Shown here one piece after another: positions 25,044 through 38,591 of a stretch of 64,000 bases of DNA (the first letter of the stretch is position 1; every line of letters starts with the position of its first letter). The notes under the pieces were generated by a model. It was not told the DNA's origin, made no database searches, and worked only from the letters and a program-made list of their open reading frames with translations. The DNA lies in assembly GCF_009834535.1 (NCBI RefSeq), contig NC_045697.1:22756001-22820000 (forward strand), read 5' to 3'. This DNA is from Camelus ferus (lineage: Eukaryota). The position numbers and the translations under genes were made by a program.

Positions 25044-25163
25044 CTCAAGTTGGTCATGTATTTGAGTTAGACAATCTTTGGTCAAGGTTTCCGCGACATA
25101 TAACATTTGCTCTTCATCAATGTCAGCTGCGTTGTCTTCACGCTCTCTGGTGACAACAGTCAT
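25044..25163 (-). CDS. speculative first coding exon A (MTVVTREREDNAADIDEEQMLYVAETLTKDCLTQIHDQLE)
   Basis: ATG at 25163 with A at -3 and an in-frame stop just upstream; 40 open codons to donor GAG|gtactt; acidic, protein-like composition with retained CpGs. No recognised homologue. Confidence 0.18.
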
Positions 25164-26753
25164 ATTTCATCATTACACTGACCTTTGGAACATTGTTTTT
25201 CACCAGGCATTACTCTGAAAGTGAGATTGTCTCCCCTCTTGGGATTGGTACCAATATCTCAGTTTGGTGACTACTTTTTCATAGAGCTCTATCATGCGTT
25301 AACCTTGGTTTACTCTGCTTTTTTCTCTGTTGCTAGTAGTTTCAATCTTCTTGGTAACATTGGCATTATTCTGCTTTGGGTAAGGGGATTCAAGGGTAGC
25401 CCAAATTATTTATTTTTAAAATTTGAGTTTGTTAGCAGATACATTTTATTTCTATGTTACATATTTCTGCTAGCCTTGCTCAGTAGCCATATTATCACTG
25501 AAAATATCCAATTATTTTCTCATGGGCCACATATACGGGCAGAGTGAGTTAAAACGCATAGCTCTCCCTCCCCTGATGATTTGAAAGGCACATTTGTTCT
25601 ACCCAATGGAAAACAAAGCTTCAGCAATATTAGGATAAGGAGATTTTGCATTGTTAAAAGATAATAACGTGCTTATCTTTGAGAGGGGTGTGCAGTGAAA
25701 ACAAGAAGAAAATGAAAGCCCTTATTTATATTGGTAAGGGATACACCTCGGTTTCTATGAATACATTGCCGTATGCCGGTTTCTCCTAAACATCATTTCA
25801 TAACTTGTAACTGCCATTCCAAAAGGCCAAAGAAGTGGTTACTTTTTGACAGTTCATGGATCTGCCTAGCCTTCCTGGCTATCCGTGGTGGGTGAGCAGT
25901 CACTCAAAGACCCTGTCCCTTGGGGGATTAAAATGTATGCTTCTCCAGGAAAGAGAATACTTTCAGTATTAAGTCAAAGGCTACTGGCTTACATGGAACA
26001 TTCTTCGTTTCTACATTTAATCTAAAGACTGGAAAAGAATTTAAGAATACAGGTAAGAAAATGCACTGGATTAGGAGTCAGGAAATTTTATATTAACCTA
26101 AACTTTAACCAAATTTCTGACCATGAATGCATCTTTTAACCACACTGGACTTCATTGTCCTTAGTTATTAACTAACTAAATTATCTTAAAATATAATTTT
26201 AAAATCTAAAATTACATGGCATGTCTGTTACCGGCTGAACTGGAATTGACAAGCCAACCAATGTAGTGTATTTGGGAGTTTAGGTAAACATAGGAGTCCT
26301 GAAGCCCCATTGGTTATTTGAAAATGAATGTTGTGCACCATTTGGCATATAATTAAAGGCAACTGTTTTAAGGCTGTATTCTTTTATCCAGGAATCTCCA
26401 GATTCCCAAAGATGGCTCCAAACTAGCTGTCATCTGGTGTGCCCTTTAGAGGATGCATTAATCTCAGAGTAGAGCAAAAACCAGATTCTGAAATGAACTA
26501 TGGAAGAGCTGAGAAAAGAATTTATTTCCTCTCAAAATTTTCATTTTCCAAGGCACACAGAACAAATAGAAAATTAAAATACACTTTCAAAAACTATAAA
26601 CAAGAGTTAAGTACAAATTAAAAAGTTCTGTGGTTATCGTCTCTTTTTTAAAAAATCTGTGTCCAATAAACATTTCTCTTATTTAGCACATTTCTGTTGA
26701 ATTAAGTGTCTGAGCCTCTGTTTATAATAACCAAACATGAAAACAAAACAGAG

Positions 26754-26897
26754 TGGAAGGAAAAGGAAGGAAGAAGAAGGGAAGGAAGGAAGGAAGGAAA
26801 CAGCAAAGGGAGGGCTGGAAAGGATTAAATAAGAGAAGGAGGAAGGGAAGGAAGGATGGGAAGGAAGGTGAGAGAGTGACCGAGAGGGAGAGAGAGA
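26754..26897. repeat. GA-rich (GGAA-like) polypurine low-complexity tract
   Basis: Read directly from the sequence. Confidence 0.9.
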
Positions 26898-27649
26898 ACG
26901 TGCTTGCAATCTGCTTAAAATGCACCTTGAAATTCCTTACCCTACTGGTCAACGTGAAGGGAGTGGGTCCCTCCTTTCACCCATACTAAAGTCATATTTC
27001 ATCTTCTAGATATAAATAATTAAAGAAGAAATAAAATCATGTGTTACCTTCTGGTAAATATTTGCTTAAGTAAAATAGATCCATTAAGCTGTATTTACTG
27101 AGTCTGCTGTATTCAGAGCACTTTAAAAGGCAGAGTGCTGTAATGTTCAAAGATTATTGTAGTGTGTTGCATTTTGCATTCCCAAGATAGTATTTTTTTC
27201 CCACAAATGCCCTTTTTAAGCACAGCATATACTCTGAGGGCCCTTGTAAGAATTTTAATGAGAATTCTTCAGAAAAAATAGTGTTGCAGAGTATTAACAT
27301 TTAAACCTCTACTAATCCCTGAATAGCACCAAATATCTATTCTTTTGAATCAGGATACTGTATTATGCTCAAAGAAAGCAAAAATGAGCAAGTAGCTTGG
27401 AAGGCATAAATATAAAGCATTTGGGTAATTACAGATTCCTAGTCATGTCACCACAACTGAAGTTAGTCCAGCTGTAGGATTTTTGTTATAAACTCTGATT
27501 TTTCTATGGCTTCTAACCTGAAAACTACTTTTATTTTCAACTAGGATGAAAATTTTCATAAAGGAGTGTAACTAGTAAGAAATGTCTGATTAATTTCTAC
27601 TCTGTTTCTTTTTGGTGGGTGTGGAGATTAATTCCTAGAATTAAGTTTT

Positions 27650-27691
27650 CAATACCTTGTAATGACCTATAATGAAAAAGAATATGAAACA

Positions 27692-27736
<45 letters not shown>

Positions 27737-27787
27737 ACCATGCTGTACACAAGAAATTAACACATTGTAAATAGACTATATTCCAAT
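27650..27787 (+). mobile_element. short young LINE-1 3' end containing (AT)20
   Basis: caataccttgtaatgacctataatgaaaaagaatatg...tgctgtacacaagaaattaacacattgtaaatagactata; similar to 23216-23330. Confidence 0.85.
27694..27733. repeat. (AT)20 microsatellite
   Basis: Read directly from the sequence. Confidence 0.97.
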
Positions 27788-30393
27788 CGAAATGATTTAC
27801 TAAAGATTTAATACTTTGCAGTGTTTGCCTTTTCTTATAACTCAAAAGTGGATTTTTTTCATGAAAATTAATGCAAAAAAATAAAATTTTCATGGTCTTA
27901 TTTTATAAAGTTCACTAGGAAAGTCTTATATTTTAACACATAGAGATATATAAAATATTTACGTTATTAAATAACTTTGAAAGAAACTATTCAGAATATG
28001 GCTTATATGCAGGACTTTTTTCCCACTTAATATACTGCAGTCCAGAGGGAACCATCTCCGAACCATCTTCCATCAATATTTTAATTCCATTTTTTCATTG
28101 CAGATGTACCTTGAGATTTGATGAAGTAGCAAGAAACATTACACATATTTATGTTTCATTTGTTTGAATGTCATCATATTTGATATGCAACTGACAAGGG
28201 ATAATGTCACTATGCAGAAATATACAACTTCATGTAATCATAATGTGATAGGAACAGAAAATATATGCTGCAGTTTCTGTGCTATTTCTCCATTCGGCAA
28301 TGACACCATCACTGAGATAAAATTCAAAGTGAATGCTATAACCAGAACTGGAAGTTTTACAGTGCTTCCTGAAATAAATGTCACAAAATTTGGTATATGC
28401 AACACATACTATCATATGTAAATTAGCATATGGGGAGGGTATGTAAATCACTGTTTCTGACATTTACTTCATGATGCTCAATAAAATCTTTCAACTCTGC
28501 TTATTGTTCTTTTTTATTTTCTTCAAATGAACAAATCTTTCCCAATTATAGGGAAAAGTTCACATTAAAAATACTGACACACTGGGTATTTATTTGAAGT
28601 GGTTTTAAAATAGTATCCTAACTTTCATTGGAATAATTTACGTCTCTATTTAAATAGTTTTAACTTTTGACTAATTATCACTTTTAATGCTCTTTGTTGT
28701 TTCAACATGTAACACTGTATCATTTTAACTTTACTTCTATTACCCTCCATTCTAGACAAAATTCCATTTTAAGAAGAAATTCTTCTATGGTTTGTCCTTA
28801 CAAAATTAATCATCTCACCATTTCTTAAACATTCATTGCTTGTATTTTATTTAATTTGTTAGTTATATTCCAAGAAGTTTTGTGGCTCACTTCCTCACAG
28901 AAGTGTGAGATGAGACAGATAAGCTTAAATAGAAAGGCAAGACATCCTGTTTCCTCAAGGGATCTTGAGATCCTTTTTAGGAAATTAGACAAATATTTAA
29001 ACACTAGAAAACAAGATATAATATCATTTACTTCCTAAGATGATTATTATGGTGAATTGAGGGGTCTGAAAGTTAGAACTCGAAAAAAAAATAGCATTTT
29101 GATTATAACTATTTTCCCCTAAAATACAAGAAACATGGTATCATGGTAGTCAAATTCTAGTTAAATAAGAGAATAAAATAATGCATAGTAGTTTATACTA
29201 TATATATATATGAAACAAATTTTAAAATAAGTCTTGGGTGATACATAATATATTATTTTCTGTCTCCCATAGTTTTTAGCTATGACCATTACTAATGAAT
29301 GAGAAACAATGAAGACAGGTGTTCTAAGTGAAAAAAAATTTAAGCAATGCTCACAATGCAGGAAATATGTTTAGAAAAGAACAGCTTGGCCAATTTGTGC
29401 AACTTGGAGTGTAGTAAGGTAGAACTGAGCTGAAGTTAGAGCCATATTTTGGATGCTCTTAAGTACGGTGCAGATAAAATTATATCTGATACAGGTAGAG
29501 ATGGAAAGTCAAGGAAGGGTTTTGAGTAGGATATAATATTTGGGGACGAAAAAGTATAATTTTGGAGATTTAATACAGCATGACTTTTAGAATTCATCTG
29601 TTTGCCTGAGAAATATGAGAGCTGTTAGCTCCTCTTTTTATAGTATAATTTGCTTTGGGTGTACTCCTAATATTCAGATGTTGGAACTCTAGAGCCAATC
29701 CTTTCAATTTTGTTTTAAATATTACTGTATTTTATATGTCGCACTTGCTTTCCTGTTTATGCTCTATTTTCAGTTAGTCTTCCCTGAATTATACCTTCCA
29801 ACCTTTTTGCTCAATTATTTTTCAGTTGTGCTAAATTTTAATTCTACAAGGTCTTTTTCTGTTAAATTCCCTGAAATATGTATATATTGATCTTCTTTCT
29901 TGGATGTAATGTATTTATTTTAATGACAACTTTTGTGAAATCTTCTCTGTTCTGAGGCTTGCGCATGGGAAGAAGGTTGGTTTGGAGTCTGAATACATTC
30001 TACAGAGCTACATCTTTTGGCCATTAGTCCAAGTACCCAATATTTGAGTAAGTTTCAGTTATCTCCTGGAATGTGGGTTAAACAATTTTCCAACCGTGAT
30101 AAAGTGGTGAAGAGAGCTGGGTATTCTTAAGCCCCAATTTATTTATTTAAATTTAAGAGACAGTCTTCCCTGACATTTCAGGGTATCCTGACTCTTCTAC
30201 TGCCTGAAGTTTCCATGGATAAATTCGTTTACTTTTTGGCTTTCTTCATTGGTGGCTCAGATTCTACATCTTTGGCTTTACTGAATAATTTGCTATTGTC
30301 CACCTGCTTTCCAGACCCCAATAATTTGTTGTAAAATTCTTTCACATTTATTTTTGCCTTTAGGGCTTATTGAAGAACAAATTATCACTCTTT

Positions 30394-30544
30394 TTTTAAT
30401 TATTATAATTTTTTTTTTTTTGGCAGTTGCAATGGGGATAGGTTATTAGGTTTATTTATTTTTTAGTGGAAGTACTGGGGATTGAACCCAGGACCTTTTG
30501 CATACTAAGCATATGCTCTACCACTTGAGCTATACCCTTCCCCC
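30394..30544 (-). mobile_element. camelid tRNA-derived SINE (vic-1-like), full length
   Basis: Reverse complement reads gggggaagggtatagctcaagtggtagagcatatgcttagtatgcaaaaggtcctgggttcaatccccagtac (Pol III A and B boxes) with an A-rich tail. Perfect TSD caaattatcactcttt at 30378-30393 and 30545-30560. Confidence 0.95.
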
Positions 30545-30644
30545 CAAATTATCACTCTTTACCACATTTTTTGGTGGAATTTCAAGAAGCTATAGTCTAG
30601 AAGTTTCCTTTTGCTTTCTTTTTTTTTTTTTTTAAAGAAAAAAG

Positions 30645-30768
30645 AACAACTTTACTGAGCTGTAACTCACGTATTATACAATTCATGAATTTATCAAACC
30701 GAATCATTGCTTTTTAGTGCATGGAGCTGTGCAACCACCACCACAATCTCATTTTAAACATTTTTATC
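30645..30768 (-). mobile_element. LINE-1 3' terminus fragment (L1MB-like)
   Basis: aactttactgagctgtaactcac...gctttttagt...gagctgtgcaaccaccaccacaatc...ttttaaacattttt. Confidence 0.75.
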
Positions 30769-33700
30769 AGCTGTTTTCTTTTTATGGAATATTTGTGTCT
30801 GAGTATAAACACACACACAAACATAACCTCATATTTATACATTCATACATATACATGAGTAAATCCTGGTATATGAACACATATGTATATCTATGCATAG
30901 AGGCACCATATGTGTGTATATGTATATGTGAATATGCATATATAGAGATATTTACAAGTGTACATACACACTTATTAATTCCAATGTCAGTAAATCATTT
31001 TAATCTCAACAGATTTTATTAACCAGTCATTTCTCTCAGCAAACAATTTATCCCATATTTTGCTTGTACTTGTTGATTTTCAGGAGTGCAACTTAAGTAT
31101 AAATTTGCCTGATAAAATCATTTTCACACCCTGCCTTTCATAACCTTGTCTGTGTGAATATATATATTTAATTTTACTTTTTGTCTAAGAAGTTTATGTT
31201 GATTTATTTGCCATTTATACTAGAAAAGTTTTTCCTTTAAATGATTATATTTGTTTCATTTTCAGGATGGTCTTTTGGAAATAGATTAGTTTACAAGGTA
31301 TGCATTCAATCCTAAGACTCTATCCTCTTCATCAGTTCTTAGAAAGGCCTTCACAAGATTGATATTAGTATTTTATGCCATCAACTTTGCACATTATTCT
31401 TGATTTTACAGCTTGTTTTTGTTTATGACAGTAAAAAGTTAGCACTGAATTATAAACTATTTAGCAAAGTTTATTTTTTTGAATTTTTCCACAAATCACA
31501 AATTAAGTTAGACTATAAAGTCAAATCTTCTTTTATTTAAATAACCTAGATGTGAATCAATCATTAGAATTTCCTGTGTTCAAACACAGATACATACCTG
31601 TACATATAAAATGACTCATGCTAACAGGGTCAATTACCCTTAATACCTCTTTGTATTCTATGAACCATGCCTTTTTGCACACATGGCATCCCATAATTTT
31701 GGTGTCACTGGCTGACTTTCAGATGGGTAACTTAGGTTTAAATCTAGCTGATAATGTTATTTGTTTAATATAGTGAGTCATACATCTGAATGCAGCCCCA
31801 CCTCCCCGCTATTGTGTACACAATAACACTAAATGGGAACCCTAACATGCAAAATAAACTATGGCCAAATCTCTTTGTCTTCTTTTTACTAAGAAGAGTC
31901 ACATACATTGTGTAAACAGTGAAATAATGAACTTGTGCTTTAGATTTTTTACCTTAATGTAATTTTAGTGAATAGAAAAAAAATCACAAAGAGCTGATTT
32001 GTCCACCCCGTGTGCCCAGGATCTTGGGGTTGTGGCAATCATAAATGCCACAGTCAGGAGACTGCTTGAGCATAAGGTTTTCTGTGCTCCTTCGGAGAAA
32101 AGAATCTTGAGGTCAGAAAAAAAAAAAAGTAATTTACTTGGAAAAGTTATTTGTTTAAGAGAGGTCATAGGGTATCACATGGATAAGAACAGACTATTCG
32201 CTGTCCTATAGTGGTTTATATCTTTTTTATTACTAAAAACTTAACTTTAAATGGAGGGATAAAACATGTTTTACTGAAAAAAAAAAAAACGGTTCTAGAA
32301 TAAATTAAGAAAATGTAGTGCACCACACCATTTAATAGGCAAGTATATACTAACGTTTGATGTGAGGGCTTTTCTAGGAACAGCTTTTTTTTTTCCCCAA
32401 GTATCCCTAATCCCTAAACTAAACTTGTTGATATTGTTAATTTTAAACTGAAGGGGAAAATATATCTCTTGCAGAATCTGCCTGATTTGTGACTTAAATT
32501 TTAATTTAAATCGAAAGAAAACAATACCTATAATCACCTACTAATTGTAGGGTGCGCTGCGGGTACTACATTAATTCTATTTAATGAAAATGTGTGTCCA
32601 AATGTAAGATAGTCATGGAGACACTCTGGGCATGTATCAGTTATAGTCAAGATGCAGACTCATTTTAGTTTAAGAGATATTTGTCCTAGTTTCAAAGGGA
32701 TGATGGAGCATGGTCTGAGTACATTAGACAGAATAAATAGCCTGCAAAATTCATTATTCCTCAGCATCATTCCACATTTTATGTGCTTTTTGTTTGGGTA
32801 CTAGCTGTATTTCTGAAGTGCAGCTTCTGGAAATTCCATCAAGAGTCACATCTGTGTAGTCATAATATATGTTCATTGAAGGAAGAGACTTTTAGGAGAT
32901 TCATGAAGCTTTAGGAATTTAGCACAAAAGGGTCCCTGATGGTAGAAATGCCCTCTTCATAAATGAGCACTGTGAGTGGGTGCAGGAGTACATCACAGCA
33001 GATCGATAACCTGCATGATGTACAGTTTCACGGCAAACTTTCTCTTCTGAGTGTACCATACAATAGATCAATAGAAAAACAATTCCAAGCAGAGTCACTG
33101 GCAAATAATTATATTTGAGTTATTTCCATTGATATTTTCCCTCTGGTATTTTAGTTCAGCTTAAACGCTCAGAGAAAGACAGAGTAATACAATTTAATCG
33201 GACAATGGAGAATTTGGAATATACTTGATCCACTTCTCATGAAAATACTAACTTGTCAATTACTTTGTTTAGGAGATTCCTCTCTCACTCTTGATAGCTG
33301 TGTTTTCTTAGTCTGGACTAAATATAGACCAAGAAAAACAACTCAATGGAATATGGTACCCTTTCAAGTTCTACTCAGTTAAGTACTAAGCATGTATAGA
33401 GTGCCTCCCTGTGTTTCAGGCTCAGTGTGAAGTGCTGAGGATACAAATAAAAAGGAGATGGGGATCGCTGCTCTCAAGTTGTGGATACTCTTAAGGAAGA
33501 TACACCTCTAGAAAGTAAAGATAGTTTGCTACCAGACTTTAAGAATGCCTTTGGAAGGAAAACAAAATCAAGAGTGGTATTAGAAGAAGGAATGGTAAGT
33601 TAATACCAGGTATGTCTCAAGAATGATGGAAGGTAGAGGGGACAGCAAGGGCAAACACACATGGCGGCAGATAACTAGCTATGTCACAGAATATTGCTCA

Positions 33701-33899
33701 TGTTGTGTATGTTAGAAGCCCACCAGAACTAAGGAACTACCTTCTTAATAAAACTCAGAGAGAAACCCATGAGATCTTATCTTTCCCATAACCAGATAAC
33801 TGGCATACCTGCCACACTTCAGTCCCTGAAAGAAAATCAGAACCATTCAATTTATTTGGAATTGGAAACAATTTTCTTTATTGTATTAGAATTAGACAA

Positions 33900-34460
33900 T
33901 TGTCATATGATTGGACACTCAGCATCTAAGTGACACTCCCACCCTATTTGGAAATTTTTTCCCTCTATATGAGTCATATTGAGGAACAGAATTCATCTCC
34001 CATGATAGTAGCTCCCTCAGCCAAATCTTCACATTTGGTGTAAGTGCATGACCTGACTTAGCTAATCAGACATGTCCATCCCGCACTTGTATTCAATAAC
34101 TGGTGACACAAGAATAGGGATGGTGGACAACGCATCATAGTGGTGGCTATGGAAGTGGTATTACTAAGTTACTGAGTACCTGCAAATGGTGCTGTGAAGT
34201 ACTGGCAGAATCTACAGTGCAAATTATGGCATGTGGTACCTAGCAGTGGTGACGGTAGTTCTTACCAGCTGGTTCTCCCTGAGCTGATTCGTGCTGGAGT
34301 GTTACCTTTCTAGCCATGTTCTGTATCTGCCCAATTTCCCAAGCCTAGTTCTCTACCACACCTGTTGGTGGTCTAAACTACTATTATATATTTTTTAATC
34401 ATTTTACTCTTTAAAATTATCAAAGACAAATACTTATACCTAAGAATCTGATTGATGTAA
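33900..34460 (+). mobile_element. old LTR element (ERVL/MaLR class, subfamily uncertain)
   Basis: catgacctgacttagctaatcagac motif and an LTR-like 3' end; heavily diverged. Confidence 0.4.
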
Positions 34461-35104
34461 ATCTCACAGTGTGACTGTTGACATAAAGTGCTCACAGCTT
34501 AATGCACAATTGATTGACCTGAAGCATCACACACACACACAATTTATATAAATACTTTTGAGTGGGATACTCAAAAGCCCCTCCCTGACTCCCTTCATAC
34601 TGATTCTCAAATGATGCCACACATAATACGTAGAGGCATCCCCATCTACATCTTCCTCTCTGCAATATCGGGGGAAGAGTCAAGTACACAGGAGGGATTT
34701 GTGCAGTTAAGAAGGATAAAGGTGGAAGAAAGCCATCATATATGATAAAGTCTATTAGATTTTCAACCCAGCAGATCAGTATTCTTGGAGAACCCAGTAA
34801 ATCATTGGAGATAGGGCTGGCCAAGGAGTTGGCAAGGGTGAGATCATGAGGAACAGTTTATTAGGATACAGGGTTTGGCTTTAATCCTGTAGACGGATGC
34901 TTCTTAAATCTTAATTGACTATAAATCTTCTAGAACTGTGAAAAACATTTTTTAAATGGCAAATCATTGAATCTCAATTCTGGTGATTAAGATTTAATTA
35001 AGATTATGCACAGAAACATGCATTTAAATTAAGCAACTTGAGTAATTTGAAATAACTAATCTAGTAACACATTTTGTGGAACTTAGGTTTTATGATAACT
35101 CACT

Positions 35105-36700
35105 TATCCATTCATTCATTCAACATCCTTTTGTTGAATCCTAGTATGGTTCTAGGCATTGGGGATATGGCAGCTAATGTGCGAGGCAGACACCAGCCTT
35201 TACATGGCTTACATTCTAGTATTGGGTGTGGTGGCAGTACGGGAGAGAGGAAAACCAATAAACAAATTAAAATGTAAAATGTATATACTTTATAGAAAAG
35301 AAAAGACAAGTAGGTGTAAATGAAGATGGTGGACTTAATGTTTTATGCTTAACCAGAAAAGAGCATCTTTATAAGGAAACATATAAGAAAAGATGGTAAA
35401 TGCAAAAAGGAGAAAATCATAATATACTGCAGAGAAGAGTAAGTCAAATGCCTGGAATTTAGAAAATGTTTGAGGAGTCTGAAAAATGTCAAAGGAACTA
35501 ATGTGGCTACAGGGTAGACAAGTAAAAACTCCTGCCAGCTGGGGACCAGAGCTGGTCAATGTCCCTTGGGAATACTGGGCATTTTTGCCTTTATTTTGGT
35601 TGAGATGGGAAATTATTGAGAGATCTCAATCATGATCTAGACTTGATCCTACTGCCACACAGTGAGATCAGGGGCACTCACTACTTATGCACATGGTGCT
35701 CAAATGAAGAGTGTGGTTTGAGGAAATGACTACAGTTCTCATGGTACAGGAGAGAGAATTTACAGATATAGATGAAAGTAGGTTGGTAGGTAGAATTAAT
35801 GGGATCATGTGGACATTTTCTTCTGAATGATTTTTTTCCTCAGGAAAACAGAAAACAGCATTACTATTGAGTGTGTTGCCACCCAAGACCATCTTGAAGC
35901 AAGAAAAATAGGGGCAAAATTCCCATTGAGGGAAATGAGTGAGTCAATGGATTAGGAGCGTGCAGTAAACTTGTGGGGCAGCACTAAGGCTGAGCTTATA
36001 ATTTGAAATCACGAATGTCAAATGGGGCCATGTAGCATGTTTGTGATTTCTCCCAGCCAACTTCAACTCTGCCTCTACAGGCATAGAGTAGGCAAAGACC
36101 TAAATTTAATCTGAGAATTTTTTTCCCCAGTGAGGTAAATGATGGGAAAAAGGTACAAGGGAGTTGGAACATATATAAAAATTAAGGAATTTAATAATAA
36201 GCCATGAAATCTTTTCAGGTGAGTGCCTAAGTTATTGAGGACATCACAGGCTGAATGACAGAAAAAATGAGATAGGATCTGTATACTGTAGGTGCTGGTG
36301 AGTCAGTGATTGCTGAATTTAAGAGTCTGGAAATATCAAACTGGAAATATTTGAGATGTTGACTTAAGATCCGGATGGTTAAGTGTTAAATTATGAAGAG
36401 ATTCCAGTAACTATTAATGTCAAAGGCTGAGACAAGACTATGGAAACTGGGGGCTGGTGTAGAGTGAAGGACAAAATCATAGGAGGAAGACTTCAAGTTA
36501 GTGAGCAGCCTGGTAACTGAGGAATATTTATGTTGGAAATGCAATCACCGAGAAGTGCCAAGACTAGTGACAGAAGTAATATTGAAGAGTGAGAAACAGA
36601 ACTAAAAGAGAAAAAAAAAAAACTGCAAGGAATAAGGCAGAATGAACAAAATCTGTATACAATAGCAATATGGAGGGATCCACACTGCAAAGGGAATAAT
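35105..36700 (-). mobile_element. LINE-2 fragments (3' end at about 35105, extending into ORF2)
   Basis: cattcattcattcaaca...gttctaggcattggggata...gcttacattctagt is the antisense L2 tail, followed by purine-rich degraded L2 body. Confidence 0.7.
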
Positions 36701-38089
36701 ACATCAAGCTTCACATCATTCTATTAATTAAGTGTTTAAGTTAATTATAAAGTGTTACCATTTTTGAAAGGAGGGATCAAATGCCTTCCATAATTTTTTC
36801 CAGCTAGTGAGCAGTAAAATCAGAAAATGCTTTTATTTGGAGGGTGATTTAATAAGAGGAGAGGTAAGACCTGGATACTTTAAAGGTTTTTAGAGCATAA
36901 TGGAAGTGGTTTTTTTTATTAAATAATTTCTAAATTTATGGCTTGGTTTTAAAAATCTTCAAGAAATTTGTCACTCGTGTGCCTCTGATGAATGAGTTTC
37001 AACAGAGATAGTTATTCATCTGGAAAATTAATAAAGAGAGAGAGGAGAAAGGAAAAGGTGGAAGAATAGACATGAGGAAAAGGAGTGATTATAAAAAGAT
37101 AAAGGACAGGGGAAAGTAAAGAAAGGAGAAGGTTTAGTTAGTATTCAGGACTTCAAGGGTTTTCTAAGGTGGAATTCTCTAAACTGTGAGCAGTGAGAGC
37201 AGAGGAAAAGTGGTGCCCAGCATGTGGAATGCCAGGACAGGCACAATGTGGGAAAGGATCATTTGATTTGACAGCTTCCCACTCCTGGCATCACAGGGCA
37301 CAGACAGCCCGGGACAGCTTAATCGCCATTGTTTACTCTGGGGTGCGGCAGTGTGACCCTGCTCTAGGCTAAGGAGAGGGAGGCCACTGAGACTTGACTG
37401 TGCCGGATTTCCACAAATCAGATTTTATAACTTCATGAAATGGTTCATATATTTGAAAGCTTAATGTTTTTTCATCAGTGTCAATAAGACTTTAAAATAG
37501 AGGAAAATTAAAAGAAACTATGTTACAGAAATTACTCTAAAACCGTGCGTTCTCTAACATCTTCAGATTTTATGTATTCTCACAATCTAGCATTGAAAAT
37601 ACAATGTGATTATTTTTAACATTCAGTAGGATACATGGCAGAAATTTTGCAAAGCAATGTCATACTTGTCTATGACTTTGTATGCTAAAGATATTTTAAA
37701 TTGTTTTTGACATCTTCAGTGTGTGTCAGGTTTATATCCATGAGACAAATAAACAGAAGGGAAGACACTGAAAATTCATGCTAAATATGTAAGAAATAAA
37801 GGTCACAATTCATGGATAAATGATCCTTAACATGATTGGGACTAAAATAACAGAAAAAGAACAGTTTGAACCACAAAGGAATCACTTAGGAAACTTACAT
37901 AAACTAGGGTTTTGTTTGCAAGCTCCAGAAATACTGACCGCAACTTGCCTAAGCTAAAAGAGAATTTGAGGCAGTTCACAGAAAGGATACAGAGCTCAAG
38001 AACCTAAAGAGCAGGAGCAATGCTTTGGGTGGCCCACATGACGTCCCCTGGGTGAATACGATTTGTGTCACAGTTGTGCATGACGACAG

Positions 38090-38430
38090 TGTCCTGCCTG
38101 AAGCTAGTACTCCACCAGCGTCTTCACTTTTCCTGCCTCAGGGCTTTCTCTGAAGGCTTGGGATCTTACTCTACCTGTAGGTGTATCTTAAATGGGCAGA
38201 GAAATGAATGGCCCCCAGGGCAGCCCTCAACCAATGGGGAATAAATGCAGAGGGTAAATGTCCCAGTTTTCAGACACTCCATGGTCTAAGGTACTCTACA
38301 TAGGTGTCTAGCTCCCACTCCCATGCCTAATTCGGAGTCCTAGATTAATCTTGCTACTTCATCTCTGCTGTAGGTCTTCATTCCATTTCTCATTTCAAGC
38401 CCTGCTTTTGGAGAAATCCAAATTAAGATA
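38090..38430 (+). mobile_element. ERVL LTR (LTR16-like)
   Basis: ggcccccagggcagccctcaaccaatggg...ctgcttttggagaaatccaaattaagata. Confidence 0.65.
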
Positions 38431-38591
38431 GGAAAGTGCTGTTAATGTCTCTAAAAGTAACATGCTTTCTTCAGAGCGTTATCACAGATTCAGTTGCTGT
38501 CAGCCTTGGGCCACCATCTCAGTTGTCCAAGGAGCAAGTATCCTTTTGTTTTAGCTTGGGCCCTGGTTCTAGTGACTGACTAGCAGAGGGC

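Noticed and set aside
25185..25547. 120-aa hydrophobic ORF
   Set aside because: Non-ATG (TTG) start; F/L/I richness is expected from T-rich DNA; no recognisable domain.
26679..26989. K/R/E/G-rich and S/P/F-rich ORFs
   Set aside because: Artefacts of the GA-rich low-complexity tract.
30470..30544. tRNA-like sequence with A and B boxes
   Set aside because: It is the head of a SINE with a tail and TSD, not a tRNA gene. The same applies to 9255-9325 and 52250-52310.
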